Source: an uncultured Planctomycetia bacterium (GTDB lineage: Bacteria > Omnitrophota > Gorgyraeia > Duberdicusellales > 4484-171). From it: a stretch of DNA of 46,608 bases. Location: contig CAZGLF010000001.1 of NCBI GenBank assembly GCA_964526615.1, positions 29,179 through 75,786 on the forward strand. The letters run 5' to 3'. The translations under genes and the position numbers were made by a program. Below are positions 1 to 9,817 of this stretch, one piece after another. The notes below the pieces were generated by a model, which made no database searches, was not told the DNA's origin, and was given only the letters and a program-made list of their open reading frames with translations. Numbering within the stretch: position 1 is the stretch's first letter; the number at the start of each line of letters is the position of its first letter.

Positions 1-136
1 CAGAAGTTGTATCTAATATCCGCCGCAGGCGGATCGCCTAAGGCCTAACATTTCTTGGCAAAGGCTAATTGGATCCAACGTTTGTATAGACAATACAATA
101 AAGTTAAGTTAGCAAAATAAGTTTTGAAGTAAGAAT

Positions 137-934
137 ATGCCTGAGTTACCAGAAGTTGAGACAATCAAGCGGGAATTGAGTAAAAAAATCATCGGTGTTA
201 AGATAACCGATATTACAATCAACCATAATAAAGTTGTTAAAGAGCCTTCACAAGACCTATTTAAAAAGCAAATCCAAAATTCTTCAATAGAAGATATCAT
301 AAGAAGAGGCAAGCTTTTGATTTTCGTTTTAGATAAAAAGTTTCTTATAGTTCATTTAAGAATTTCCGGCTGGCTTTTATATGGAGAAAAAGACCCCAAA
401 GCCAGAGCTGTTTTTGGGCTTTCCAACGGTAAGTTTCTAAATTATATGGATCAAAGAGTTTTGGGAGAATTGCGGCTTCGCTCGAGCTTTGAGGATTTAA
501 GTTTTCTTCAAAGGCTAGGGCCTGAGCCTTTTGAATTAACCGATAAAGAATTCAGCGAGATTTTAAAGAACAAAAAAACAAAAATTAAAGTATTGTTGCT
601 TGATCAAAACCGGATAGCCGGAATTGGCAATATCTATGCCCAGGAGGCTTTATTTCTAGCAGGAATTGACCCCCGGCGTCAGGCTTTAAGTTTGACTGAA
701 AAAGAAGCCAAGCTGCTTTTAAAAAAAATAAAAGATGTTTTAACCGAGGCAATAAAATATCATGGTTCTTCAGTAGATGCCTACCGTGATACCGAAGGTA
801 AAAAAGGCGGTATGGAAAATCGATTAAAAGTTTATGGACGTAAAGGCGAGCCTTGCTATAAGTGCGGCAGACCGATTGAAAAAATGAGTTTAGGCAGCAG
901 AGGAACTTGTTTTTGCAAAAAGTGCCAGAGATGA
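137..934 (+). CDS. mutM: Formamidopyrimidine-DNA glycosylase (Fpg/MutM)
   Basis: Starts MPELPEVE (catalytic N-terminal Pro/Glu motif). Fpg length. C-terminal zinc finger CYKCGRPIEK...CFCKKCQ. Confidence 0.9.
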   Translation: MPELPEVETIKRELSKKIIGVKITDITINHNKVVKEPSQDLFKKQIQNSSIEDIIRRGKLLIFVLDKKFLIVHLRISGWLLYGEKDPKARAVFGLSNGKFLNYMDQRVLGELRLRSSFEDLSFLQRLGPEPFELTDKEFSEILKNKKTKIKVLLLDQNRIAGIGNIYAQEALFLAGIDPRRQALSLTEKEAKLLLKKIKDVLTEAIKYHGSSVDAYRDTEGKKGGMENRLKVYGRKGEPCYKCGRPIEKMSLGSRGTCFCKKCQR

Positions 935-2769
935 CCCACCATAAAATACCTCAAAAGTATTTAAGCGAAAAACTTTTTGATTTAACCGCTCCCTTTGTAT
1001 TTTTAGAAAGTGCATTACCAAATCAAAGCAATAACAAAAGTTTTTTGTTTGAAGGTTTTAAAGAAATAGTAACTTTTGAACCAAAAAATAATCTCAGAGA
1101 GTTTTTCCGCAAAATTCAGTATTACCATGAAAAAGGTTATTGGCTTTGCGGATATTTAGCTTATGAGCTAGGGTATTTTTTAGAGCCATCGTTAAGCGGC
1201 TTGAAGAAAAAAATAGATTATCCCTTAGCCTGGATAGGAGTTTGTGAAAAACCAATTGAATTTAGATGCCAAAGAGAAATAAAAAATTCTTCTTTGCCGG
1301 ATATCTTTTATGAGGCCGGTTCAATTCAACCTTTAATAAAAAAAGGCCAATATAAAAAAGCTATCCAAAAAATAAAATGTTATTTAGAAGAAGGGCAGAC
1401 CTATCAAGTTAATTACACCTTCAAAGCCCAAGCAAGGTTTAAAGGAAACCCTTTAGGGTTGTATTTTGATTTAAGAAAAACTCAACCTACGCATTACACC
1501 GCTTTTATTAATACCGGCGACTTTAAATTTTTATCTTTCTCGCCGGAACTTTTTTTTAAAATAAAAAATAACAAAATCATATCCCAGCCGATGAAAGGAA
1601 CCAGCGCCAGAGGCTTTGACTCCAAAGAAGATAAAAAATCAAAGAAAGAATTATCTAAAAGTAAAAAGATTAGAGCCGAGAACATAATGATAGTTGATTT
1701 ATTAAGAAATGACCTGGGAAGGATATCCGAAAAAGTACTAACGCCTAGTTTATTTGATATCGAAAAGCACAAAACTCTCTACCAGATGACCTCAACTATT
1801 GAGGCTAAGTTAAAGAAGGGCTTAACAATTAAAGATATCATAAAAGCCCTGTTTCCTTGCGGTTCGGTAACCGGGGCACCAAAAATAAAGACTATGCAGA
1901 TAATAGGAGAATTGGAGCCTTCCTGGCGGGGTATTTATACTGGTTCAATCGGATATGTCGCTCCCAATAAAAATAGCTGTTTCAACGTTGCTATTAGAAC
2001 TGTTGAAATAAACAAGAATAAAGAAGTAAATCTTGGGGTAGGTGGAGGAATAATCCATGACTCAGATTGGCAGGATGAATATAGCGAAGCTTTATTGAAG
2101 GCTGATTTTTTTTCTCAAGCTACCAGGAAAATTTCATTAATTGAAACCCTTAGGTGGGAGCAAGATAAAGGCTTTTGGTTGTTAGATTTACACCTTCAAA
2201 GATTAAAGAAATCAGCCGCCTATTTTTCTATACCGCTAAACATAAAAGAGGTTAAAAACCACCTAAACAACAGCGTTAAACCAGAAAAAGATATTTTAAA
2301 AATAAGATTAACTCTTGACTTCAAAGGAAAGGTAAAAATAACCAGAGAAAAGATTAAAAAAATAAAGGACCCGGTCAAAATCAAGATAAGCAAAAAAAAG
2401 GTAAATTCACAAGATAAGTTTTTATATCATAAGACAACCCGGCGCCGATTTTATGACCGCCAACTTAAAAAAGTCCAAAAAAAGGGTTTTTTTGAAATAA
2501 TATTCACCAATGAGAAAGGCCAATTAACCGAAGGTACATTTACTAATTTATTTATTAAAAAAGGCAATATTTTCTATACCCCAAAATTATCTTGCGGCCT
2601 TCTGCCGGGAGTGTTAAGACAATACTTGATAGAGTCAGGCAAAGCAAAGGAAAAGATTCTCTTTTTGAAAGACCTCAAAGAAGCGGAAAAGCTTTTTGTA
2701 GGCAACTCAGTCAGAGGCTTGCTTGAGGTGTGCTGCAAGGCAGTTTCCACCTCCGGGGTGGAAAAATAA
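931..2769 (+). CDS. pabB: Aminodeoxychorismate synthase component I fused to a class-IV aminotransferase-like aminodeoxychorismate lyase (PabB-PabC fusion)
   Basis: Chorismate-binding-enzyme motifs (FPCGSVTGAPK, GGGI). The C-terminal ~210 aa look like a class IV aminotransferase/ADC lyase (NEKGQLTEGTFTNLF...LPGVLR). I prefer the ATG at 931, which overlaps the mutM stop as ATGA, over the TTG at 907 used in the ORF track. Confidence 0.75.
   Translation: MTHHKIPQKYLSEKLFDLTAPFVFLESALPNQSNNKSFLFEGFKEIVTFEPKNNLREFFRKIQYYHEKGYWLCGYLAYELGYFLEPSLSGLKKKIDYPLAWIGVCEKPIEFRCQREIKNSSLPDIFYEAGSIQPLIKKGQYKKAIQKIKCYLEEGQTYQVNYTFKAQARFKGNPLGLYFDLRKTQPTHYTAFINTGDFKFLSFSPELFFKIKNNKIISQPMKGTSARGFDSKEDKKSKKELSKSKKIRAENIMIVDLLRNDLGRISEKVLTPSLFDIEKHKTLYQMTSTIEAKLKKGLTIKDIIKALFPCGSVTGAPKIKTMQIIGELEPSWRGIYTGSIGYVAPNKNSCFNVAIRTVEINKNKEVNLGVGGGIIHDSDWQDEYSEALLKADFFSQATRKISLIETLRWEQDKGFWLLDLHLQRLKKSAAYFSIPLNIKEVKNHLNNSVKPEKDILKIRLTLDFKGKVKITREKIKKIKDPVKIKISKKKVNSQDKFLYHKTTRRRFYDRQLKKVQKKGFFEIIFTNEKGQLTEGTFTNLFIKKGNIFYTPKLSCGLLPGVLRQYLIESGKAKEKILFLKDLKEAEKLFVGNSVRGLLEVCCKAVSTSGVEK
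2744..2764. repeat. Palindromic hairpin TTTCCACC-TCCGG-GGTGGAAA inside the last codons of pabBC; related to the hairpin at 44579..44595
   Basis: Perfect 8-bp inverted repeat read directly. An upstream TGAGGTGT (2724..2731) is also found upstream of the second copy (44551..44558). Confidence 0.5.
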
Positions 2770-2778
2770 TTGTTAAGG

Positions 2779-3483
2779 TTAGGGGAAATGTTTTATAATT
2801 TCTTTTTGGTTGTCGTAACACCATTGCATAAATCCATCAAACGACCTGAATCTTTGGACGGTGTTAATTGTCACAATTTTCGATTTATCATAGAAGTCAT
2901 AAACATAAAGAAGGTTGTCGCTTCTAGAGGTATTTAGTTTAAACCAATAATGTAAATTTATCTTGTAGGCCTTGACCTCGTCAGCTTTTACGTAGATATC
3001 GGTATCTATTGTTGTTGTTTTTGGTATATCTATCTCAATATCCCGCCTCATGTTTACAGTATCAAAATAATATCTTTTATATTTGGTATCATAATACAGG
3101 GGGAAGGGTTCGGTTTCGGTATATTGAAGGTAGCTTTTAGTAGTTGAGAGAGACAGGCTTAATCTTATTTTCTGAGGGCCCGAGGGCAATTTAAAAACAT
3201 GGTACCGGCGGTTTTTGATAGAGGTTTTAAAGTTTTTTTCTTCTATTTGAGATACTATTGCGATAGGGTTAAAGGGCGATTGGTTTAAATGGTAGAACCC
3301 AAGATTAACAAAAAAATGTTTTGGCCCGGCATCTTTTATCCAATCATTAACATAGAAAGCTATGTAACCATAGTCTGTGTTCTGGCTCCAACCAATTCCT
3401 TGGGATAGGCTGATAAGAAAGACAGCCGTCAATAAGGTCAATATTTTTTTCGCGGGGGCGATATTTTTAAATTTATTGATCAT
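2779..3483 (-). CDS. Hypothetical secreted protein
   Basis: 234-aa ORF with an N-terminal hydrophobic signal-like segment (ILTLLTAVFLISLSQG). Overlaps the upstream ORF by 11 nt, suggesting an operon. I recognise no family. Confidence 0.45.
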   Translation of the reverse strand: MINKFKNIAPAKKILTLLTAVFLISLSQGIGWSQNTDYGYIAFYVNDWIKDAGPKHFFVNLGFYHLNQSPFNPIAIVSQIEEKNFKTSIKNRRYHVFKLPSGPQKIRLSLSLSTTKSYLQYTETEPFPLYYDTKYKRYYFDTVNMRRDIEIDIPKTTTIDTDIYVKADEVKAYKINLHYWFKLNTSRSDNLLYVYDFYDKSKIVTINTVQRFRSFDGFMQWCYDNQKEIIKHFP

Positions 3484-3958
3484 CTAAATATTTTTTATCG
3501 TCTAGATAGCCGTTGTTATTTTTAGGATTGATGTAGTTGTTCAAGTTATAGCTTTTTATATTGCCTTTTTCATCTCGTGTAAGGTATTTTTCAGGAATCA
3601 TGTCCGCTATTTTTTCATGTTTCCAAGTCTTATTTCCATTAGAATCCATACCGGTGTAGGTTTTTTGCCATAACGAACCGTCTTCGTGTACTTCTAAGTC
3701 AGTGGGGGGTGCTATTGCATGTTCTACTCCTTTTTTGTCTTCATATTTGTACTCTACTCCCCCCTTGTAATAATGTCTTGTCTTTGTGCCGGTTGTGGTG
3801 TCGTAGCGTTCTTCAATATAAGTTCCCGGCGGGTCGTTTTTGTAGGGAGATTTTGTTTTTTTTATATAAGTCCAGGCAAAGCAGGGCCAGGTAAAAACAA
3901 AAGAAACGGCTAGCAATAAAAGTAATTTTAGAGGAAAAAAGTATCTTTTTTTAAACAT
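3473..3958 (-). CDS. Hypothetical secreted protein (Lys/Tyr/Asp-rich)
   Basis: 161-aa ORF with a signal-peptide-like N-terminus (LKLLLLLAVSFVFTWPCFA). I recognise no family. Confidence 0.45.
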   Translation of the reverse strand: MFKKRYFFPLKLLLLLAVSFVFTWPCFAWTYIKKTKSPYKNDPPGTYIEERYDTTTGTKTRHYYKGGVEYKYEDKKGVEHAIAPPTDLEVHEDGSLWQKTYTGMDSNGNKTWKHEKIADMIPEKYLTRDEKGNIKSYNLNNYINPKNNNGYLDDKKYLDDQ

Positions 3959-4067
3959 TTTTCAAATCAAATTTATATTAAAACATTATACAATATTAAT
4001 TCAGAATATCAATTATATAAGGAATTTCTTGATTGTATGATTTATTTATAATAACATAAAAGGTGCT

Positions 4068-4838
4068 ATGAAAGTAAAACCAAAAGAACAAATAGTCAGG
4101 GTTAAAGACAATATAAAGGTAAAAAAGGATGTATTTCTCTTAAGTTTTGTGAATTCCTACATTTCTAAGGCCGCCTATCCGGGGCAGTTTCTCCATATAA
4201 AAGTTAAAAAAACAATTCTTAGAAGGCCGCTTAGTATCCACAAAATAGAAGGCAACACTGTTTCTATTATCTTTCGGGTTAGGGGGCGGGGGACAAAGTT
4301 TTTATCTGAATATAAAAAGGCAAACCAGTTAGATGTTTTGGGCCCCTTGGGTAAGGGTTTTAGTTTTGGTGAAGATAAAATAAAAGGAGCCCAGAATCTT
4401 TTAATCGCTGGGGGGTTAGGCTTAGCTCCGCTGATGTTTTTAGCTCAAAAGATAAAAAAATACAAGCCTGTTGCAATACTGGGCGAGAAAACAAAAAACC
4501 AGATTTTATGTGAGAAAGAATTCAAATCTCTGGGAGCCAAGGTTATAATCTGCACCGATGACGGCTCCAAAGGGATAAAAGGGTCAGCAATAGAAGGATT
4601 AAAATCAATTAAACCCGCCAACAAGATGAATATATTTTCCTGCGGCCCAAAAGAGATGTTTAAGGCGATAAATCAGGTTATGAAAAAAATAAAAACCAAA
4701 GCAGATTGTGAGGTTTCATTTGAACAATTTATGGGCTGTGGTTTAGGGATTTGCTGCGGGTGTACTATTGAAACAAAAAACGGCTATAAAAAAGTTTGTA
4801 AAGACGGGCCGGTATTTGACATTGGAGATATTTTTTAA
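4068..4838 (+). CDS. pyrK: Dihydroorotate dehydrogenase (class 1B) electron-transfer subunit PyrK
   Basis: RRPLSI FAD-binding motif. GGLGLAP NAD-binding motif. C-terminal 2Fe-2S motif CGLGICCGC...C. Located next to pyrD. Confidence 0.85.
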   Translation: MKVKPKEQIVRVKDNIKVKKDVFLLSFVNSYISKAAYPGQFLHIKVKKTILRRPLSIHKIEGNTVSIIFRVRGRGTKFLSEYKKANQLDVLGPLGKGFSFGEDKIKGAQNLLIAGGLGLAPLMFLAQKIKKYKPVAILGEKTKNQILCEKEFKSLGAKVIICTDDGSKGIKGSAIEGLKSIKPANKMNIFSCGPKEMFKAINQVMKKIKTKADCEVSFEQFMGCGLGICCGCTIETKNGYKKVCKDGPVFDIGDIF

Positions 4839-4849
4839 AGGGGGTAATT

Positions 4850-5206
4850 ATGTGGTATACCTATATAGGTTTAGGGCTTTTAGCCGGTGTTGTTAGCGGA
4901 TTTTTAGGTATCGGGGGAGGTTCTATCTTGATTCCGGCAATGGTTTTATTATTTGGGCTTACTCAACACCAAGCTCAAGGAACTACTTTGGCGCTTATGA
5001 TCCCACCGATAGGGCTGCTTGCTGCCTGGAAGTACTATACCCAAGGTAATGTGAAGATAAATATGGCAGCTTTTATTTGCCTGGGATTTTTTTTCGGGGC
5101 TTTAGGCGGCGCGGTGCTGGTGCAAAAAGTCCCTGAGGCAATATTGAAGAAGATATTCGGCATATTTTTACTTGCCCTTTCGATGAAGATGATTTTTGGT
5201 AAATAA
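4850..5206 (+). CDS. Half-size TSUP (TauE/SafE) family membrane protein
   Basis: 118 aa, about 4 predicted TM segments. TSUP-like GFLGIGGGSILIPAMVLLFG motif. No second half is encoded downstream. Confidence 0.6.
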   Translation: MWYTYIGLGLLAGVVSGFLGIGGGSILIPAMVLLFGLTQHQAQGTTLALMIPPIGLLAAWKYYTQGNVKINMAAFICLGFFFGALGGAVLVQKVPEAILKKIFGIFLLALSMKMIFGK

Positions 5207-5298
5207 TTTAAATTCGCACATCGGCTGATATTTATATTATTATCAGGGTTGTAATACCGGCGATTATGAAATACAATTATAAGAGAGAATAAGCTAAA

Positions 5299-6204
5299 AT
5301 GGACCTATCAGTAAAATTAAGCAAATTAACTTTAGAGAATCCGATAATTTGTGCTTCGGGAACTTTTGGTTATGGTATTGAAATAGAAGATTTAACTGAC
5401 TTTGAAGCGATAGGAGCAATCATTACCAAGACCATCACCCTTAGGCCCAGGGCTGGAAATCCCTGCCCCCGGATTTATGAGACCGAATGCGGGGTTATGA
5501 ATTCAGTTGGTTTAGAAAATCCCGGCTTAGAGGCTTTTATTCGAGAAAAGCTTCCTTCGGTTGCTAAATTAAAGTGTAAAAAGATAATAAGTGTTGGCGG
5601 GTTTTCTAACCAAGAATACAAAAAAATAATCCAGCGGCTCGATAAAGAAAAAGGGGTGGATGCTTTTGAGATAAACCTATCTTGCCCCAACTTACAGCTA
5701 AAAAAATTAGTCTCTCAAGATAAAAAAGCTACGTTTAAGGTTGTAAAACTATTAAGAGGGATTACTCAAAAACCACTCTTTATAAAAATTACTCCAGAGG
5801 TAACAGATATAGTTGAAATTGCTAAAGCTGCCGAAGAAGCCGGAGCTGATGCAATAAGTGCGGTCAATACTTTCTTTTCGTTAGCGATTGATACCGAGAC
5901 CAGAAAACCTTACTTGGGTAATGTTTATGGAGGGTACTCGGGTAAAGCCATTAAGCCTATGGCTTTGTACCGGGTTTTTAAAATCGCTAGAGAGATAAAA
6001 ATTCCGGTAATCGGCGGAGGAGGTATTGAAAACTCTAATGATGCTATAGAATTTATTTTAGCCGGAGCAAGGGCCCTAAGCCTGGGAACAATTAATTTAG
6101 TGAGCCCTAATAGCCCAAAAAAGATTTTAAAAGGGATAAAGGGCTACTTGAAAAATAAAAAAATAAATAAGATAAAAGATTTAGAAGGAGGAATACTTGC
6201 CTAA
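5299..6204 (+). CDS. pyrD: Dihydroorotate dehydrogenase catalytic subunit (class 1B) PyrD
   Basis: Typical PyrD motifs (ASGTFGYG, NSVGLENPG, NLSCPN, GGGGI) and expected length. Confidence 0.9.
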   Translation: MDLSVKLSKLTLENPIICASGTFGYGIEIEDLTDFEAIGAIITKTITLRPRAGNPCPRIYETECGVMNSVGLENPGLEAFIREKLPSVAKLKCKKIISVGGFSNQEYKKIIQRLDKEKGVDAFEINLSCPNLQLKKLVSQDKKATFKVVKLLRGITQKPLFIKITPEVTDIVEIAKAAEEAGADAISAVNTFFSLAIDTETRKPYLGNVYGGYSGKAIKPMALYRVFKIAREIKIPVIGGGGIENSNDAIEFILAGARALSLGTINLVSPNSPKKILKGIKGYLKNKKINKIKDLEGGILA

Positions 6205-6868
6205 TAATTGGGAAAAACTTATTGTTGCTCTTGACCTTGAAGATGAAAGTAAAATTCAAGAAGTAGTTCAAGTTTTAGGGCCTAAGGGGGTAAAGTTTAA
6301 AATTGGTTCAATTGCCTTTACTAAATTTGGGCCTCAATTTTTAAAAGAATTTATTACTGCCGGCTATGATATATTTTTAGACCTAAAACTCTATGATATT
6401 CCAAATACTATGGCAAAAACAGCCAGGGTCATCGGTGGGTTAGACTGCTGGGCTTTTACTGTTCATTTGCAGGCAGGGCAACAGGCTTTGGAAGCGGTTA
6501 AGGAAGCGGTAGAAGAAACTGCTCGAGAAAGCGGCAATCGGAAGCCTTTGATTTTAGGGGTAAGTGTTTTAACTAGTTCAAAAGTAACCCAACACCAAGT
6601 CAATAATTTAGTAGAATTAGCTCAACGGGTTGGGATAGATGGGGTAATTTCCTCAGCTCAAGACGCCGAAGGTATAAAAAAAATGTTTCCTAAAATGCAA
6701 GTCGTTACTCCCGGTATTCGTTCCAGGGAAGATGAGATTGGGGACCAGGTAAGAGTAGCAACCGCTAAAGAAGCTTTTTCTAACGGTTCTGACTATATAG
6801 TTGTCGGACGCCCAATTATTAATAAAAAAGACTACTTAAAGGCAGTCCAAGCAGTATTAGAAGCCTAA
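6197..6868 (+). CDS. pyrF: Orotidine 5'-phosphate decarboxylase
   Basis: LIVALD...DLKLYDIPNT...VVGRPI motifs. Overlaps the pyrD stop. Confidence 0.9.
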   Translation: MPNNWEKLIVALDLEDESKIQEVVQVLGPKGVKFKIGSIAFTKFGPQFLKEFITAGYDIFLDLKLYDIPNTMAKTARVIGGLDCWAFTVHLQAGQQALEAVKEAVEETARESGNRKPLILGVSVLTSSKVTQHQVNNLVELAQRVGIDGVISSAQDAEGIKKMFPKMQVVTPGIRSREDEIGDQVRVATAKEAFSNGSDYIVVGRPIINKKDYLKAVQAVLEA

Positions 6869-6879
6869 AGAGAAAAAAT

Positions 6880-6907
6880 TTGCCTTTTTCCAAGCAAGTT
6901 ATATAAT
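6880..6907 (+). promoter_or_regulatory. Putative sigma70 promoter of the V-ATPase operon
   Basis: TTGCCT, 16-nt spacer, TATAAT, about 58 nt upstream of the subunit E ATG. Confidence 0.4.
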
Positions 6908-6964
6908 TAAATATTCCTTTATTTAAGTAAACCGAGATATATCTGTTAAGGAGGTATTTTACTA

Positions 6965-7573
6965 ATGGATGCAAAGTTAGAAAATTTAATCGAAAAAATA
7001 AAAAAAGACGGTATCGATGAGGCTCAAAAAAAATCTCAAGAGATAATCAAAAAAGCTAAGGACCAAGCTGCTCAAATAAAAGAAAAAGCTCAAGAAGAAG
7101 CAGAAAATATAGTAAACAACGCAAAACAAGAGGCCGAAAAATTAAAAACCAATAGCCGGGAATCTTTAAAGCAAGCAGCAAGAGACTTAGTGTTAAGCTT
7201 AAAAGAAAAAATAGTCCAAGAATTCGATAAGGCTTTAAAGAGAAAAATTCAAGGAGAGCTAAAACCAGATTTTTTAAAAGAATTAATTACAAAAATAATT
7301 CAAGAATGGGGGAAAAATCAAAGGGCAGATGTCGAGGTATTTCTAAACAAGGCGGATAAGGAAAAGTTAGAAAAAGAAATATTAAACGAGTTAAAAAATT
7401 CAGCCAAAGACGGCATCGAAATTAAAACCTCTAATATTATAGATAAAGGTTTTCGTATTGGATTAAAGGGCCAAGACCTTCAATATGATTTCACCGACGA
7501 AGGTATTACTGAATCCCTAAAGCAGTTTTTAAACCCGACAATAAGTAAAATTTTAGAAGAAGGTAATGGATAA
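6965..7573 (+). CDS. ntpE: V-type ATPase subunit E
   Basis: Coiled-coil Lys/Glu/Ala-rich N-terminal half followed by a globular C-terminal part. First gene of the V-ATPase operon. SD AAGGAGG lies upstream. Confidence 0.75.
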   Translation: MDAKLENLIEKIKKDGIDEAQKKSQEIIKKAKDQAAQIKEKAQEEAENIVNNAKQEAEKLKTNSRESLKQAARDLVLSLKEKIVQEFDKALKRKIQGELKPDFLKELITKIIQEWGKNQRADVEVFLNKADKEKLEKEILNELKNSAKDGIEIKTSNIIDKGFRIGLKGQDLQYDFTDEGITESLKQFLNPTISKILEEGNG

Positions 7574-8063
7574 GTACTATTATTTGGTTTCGGAATTGCC
7601 TTCTTTAAGTTTTGATCAAGAGCCGCCTCTTAGCCGGGAGGATTTTTTAGAGGAGTGTAGGAAGTGGCTTAGCTCCGGTGACTTCAAGGTTCTCACAAAG
7701 GCTATCATTGAAGTCAAAGCCAAGGAGAATACCGCCGTAGGTGTTTTAAACCAACATAGAAAATTTTATAATGCTCTTAAAAATCAAATAAAGCAGTACC
7801 GCCAAGCAAAAAAAGAGGGTAAGGATTATAAGATATCTTATCCGTTTAATTCCTCGCTTTTAGAGGGCGATCCTTTAGAAGTTGAGAAAAAGTTACTTAA
7901 GATCCAATGGGATTTGCTTGAAGACTCTCAAAAAGAGCATTATTTTGATTTATCTTATCTGGTTTTGTACTATTTAAAGTTACAATTACAAGAGGCCCTT
8001 TTTACTTTTGATAAAGAGAAAGGATTAGCAATGTTTGATGAGTTTTCCGAGGTAAAATTATGA
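7566..8063 (+). CDS. DUF2764-like protein of bacterial V-ATPase operons (possible subunit C-like component)
   Basis: Sits between subunits E and A, as in Bacteroidetes/Chlamydia-type operons. The N-terminal YYYLVSELPSL motif matches my recollection of DUF2764. Coupled to both neighbours by overlaps. Confidence 0.5.
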   Translation: MDKYYYLVSELPSLSFDQEPPLSREDFLEECRKWLSSGDFKVLTKAIIEVKAKENTAVGVLNQHRKFYNALKNQIKQYRQAKKEGKDYKISYPFNSSLLEGDPLEVEKKLLKIQWDLLEDSQKEHYFDLSYLVLYYLKLQLQEALFTFDKEKGLAMFDEFSEVKL

Positions 8064-9817
8064 GTAAAAAATTAGGACATATAACATCGATTCAAGGCAA
8101 TATGATAACAGTTGATTTTAAAGATAATATTCTCCAAAATGAAGTCGGCTATGTTATCTCCAAAGAAGAGCGTTTAATGGCAGAAGTTATTAAAATAAGG
8201 GCAAATACTGCCTATATGCAGATTTTTGAAGACACCAGAGGATTAAGTGTCGGCGATAAAATCGAGTTTTCAAGTAACATGCTTTCTGTTTTGCTCGGGC
8301 CGGGGCTTTTAGGCCAGGTTTATGACGGCCTGCAAAACCCCCTTCCTAAGTTAGCCGAGAAATTCGGGTTTTTTCTGCCAAGAGGAACCCAATTAGACGC
8401 TATTGATAAGAACAAAAAATGGGAGTTTAAACCTGAAGTTAAAGAAGGCGCTAAAGTAGAGAAAGGTTCCCCGCTGGGTTTTGTTAAAGAAGGAATATTT
8501 AAGCACTACATTATGGTTCCTTTTGATTTAGAAGGTGAGTATAAAGTCAAGGATATTATAAAAGAAGGAAAATATAAAGTAACCGATACGGTGGCTACTT
8601 TGGCCGATGAAAAAAATCAAGAAGTTAAAGTAAGCATGATCTTTCAGTGGCCGATAAAACTTCCGATAGATGCCTATCGGGATAAATATACTCCTAAAGA
8701 TCCATTGATTACTAAAGTCAGAATAATAGATACTTTTTTTCCGGTTTCAAAAGGAGGCACCTATTGCATTCCCGGGCCGTTTGGCGCCGGAAAGACCGTT
8801 TTGCAGCAGCTTACCAGCCGCTATGCCGAAGTAGATATTGTTATTATTGCAGCTTGTGGAGAAAGGGCCGGTGAGGTAGTTGAGACGATAAGAAAATTTC
8901 CTGAGCTAACCGACCCCAAAACCGGTAAATCATTAATGGAGAGAACAATAATTATCTGTAACACCTCTTCAATGCCGGTTGCCGCCAGAGAAGCCTCGGT
9001 TTATACTGCAGCTACCCTAGGAGAATACTATCGGCAGATGGGGCTGAATGTTTTGCTTTTAGCTGATTCAACTTCCCGTTGGGCTCAGGCAATGCGTGAG
9101 ATTTCAGGACGTTTGGAAGAGATACCGGGTGAAGAAGCTTATCCGGCCTATCTTGAATCCCGGATAGCTGAGTTTTATGAGCGTGCCGGAGTAGTTGAAT
9201 TGAATTTTAAAGAGAAGGGCTCGCTTACTATCGGCGGCACTGTTAGTCCGGCCGGCGGAAATTTTGACGAGCCGGTAACTCAATCTACCTTAAAAGTTGT
9301 GGGAGCATTCCACGGCCTTTCAAGAGACCGGGCTAACGCTAGGCGTTTTCCTTCAATTGACCCCCTTGAAAGTTGGTCAAGGTACGATACTTTTATCGAT
9401 CCTCAATTGGTTAAAAATGCAAAAATAATTCTTACCAAAGGAAATGAAGTCAGCCAGATGATGAAAGTTGTGGGTGAAGAAGGAACCACTCTAGAAGATT
9501 TTATAATTTATCTTAAAGGCGAATTTTTAGATAATGTTTATTTACAACAGGATGGATTTGATAAAGTCGATGCCGTCACCTCTTTAGAGAGGCAAAAACA
9601 TGTTTTCGCAAAGGTTTCAGATGTCTTGTCAATGGATTTTGATTTTGACAGTAAGGATAATGCCAGAAAATATTTTTATGAGCTCAGGCAAGAATTTATA
9701 AACTGGAATTATAAAGAATGGGAAAGCCAAGAGTTTAAAGAGCAAGAAGAAAAAATTAATAATTTTTTAAAGGAACAAAGCCAAAGCAAGGAAGAAAATG
9801 AGAAAAGTTCACAGTAA
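8060..9817 (+). CDS. ntpA: V-type ATPase catalytic subunit A
   Basis: Walker [10 protein letters not shown]-subunit non-homologous insert region. Strong A/V-ATPase A-subunit features throughout. Confidence 0.95.
   Translation: MSKKLGHITSIQGNMITVDFKDNILQNEVGYVISKEERLMAEVIKIRANTAYMQIFEDTRGLSVGDKIEFSSNMLSVLLGPGLLGQVYDGLQNPLPKLAEKFGFFLPRGTQLDAIDKNKKWEFKPEVKEGAKVEKGSPLGFVKEGIFKHYIMVPFDLEGEYKVKDIIKEGKYKVTDTVATLADEKNQEVKVSMIFQWPIKLPIDAYRDKYTPKDPLITKVRIIDTFFPVSKGGTYCIPGPFGAGKTVLQQLTSRYAEVDIVIIAACGERAGEVVETIRKFPELTDPKTGKSLMERTIIICNTSSMPVAAREASVYTAATLGEYYRQMGLNVLLLADSTSRWAQAMREISGRLEEIPGEEAYPAYLESRIAEFYERAGVVELNFKEKGSLTIGGTVSPAGGNFDEPVTQSTLKVVGAFHGLSRDRANARRFPSIDPLESWSRYDTFIDPQLVKNAKIILTKGNEVSQMMKVVGEEGTTLEDFIIYLKGEFLDNVYLQQDGFDKVDAVTSLERQKHVFAKVSDVLSMDFDFDSKDNARKYFYELRQEFINWNYKEWESQEFKEQEEKINNFLKEQSQSKEENEKSSQ

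Noticed and set aside
18-34. Perfect 7-bp hairpin ATCCGCC-GCA-GGCGGAT (C-GNA-G mini-hairpin) at the window start, possibly another copy of the tRNA-linked module
   Set aside because: The sequence after the hairpin does not match the ATTGNNTA tail of the other modules. No tRNA fragment follows, and the upstream context is cut off by the window edge.
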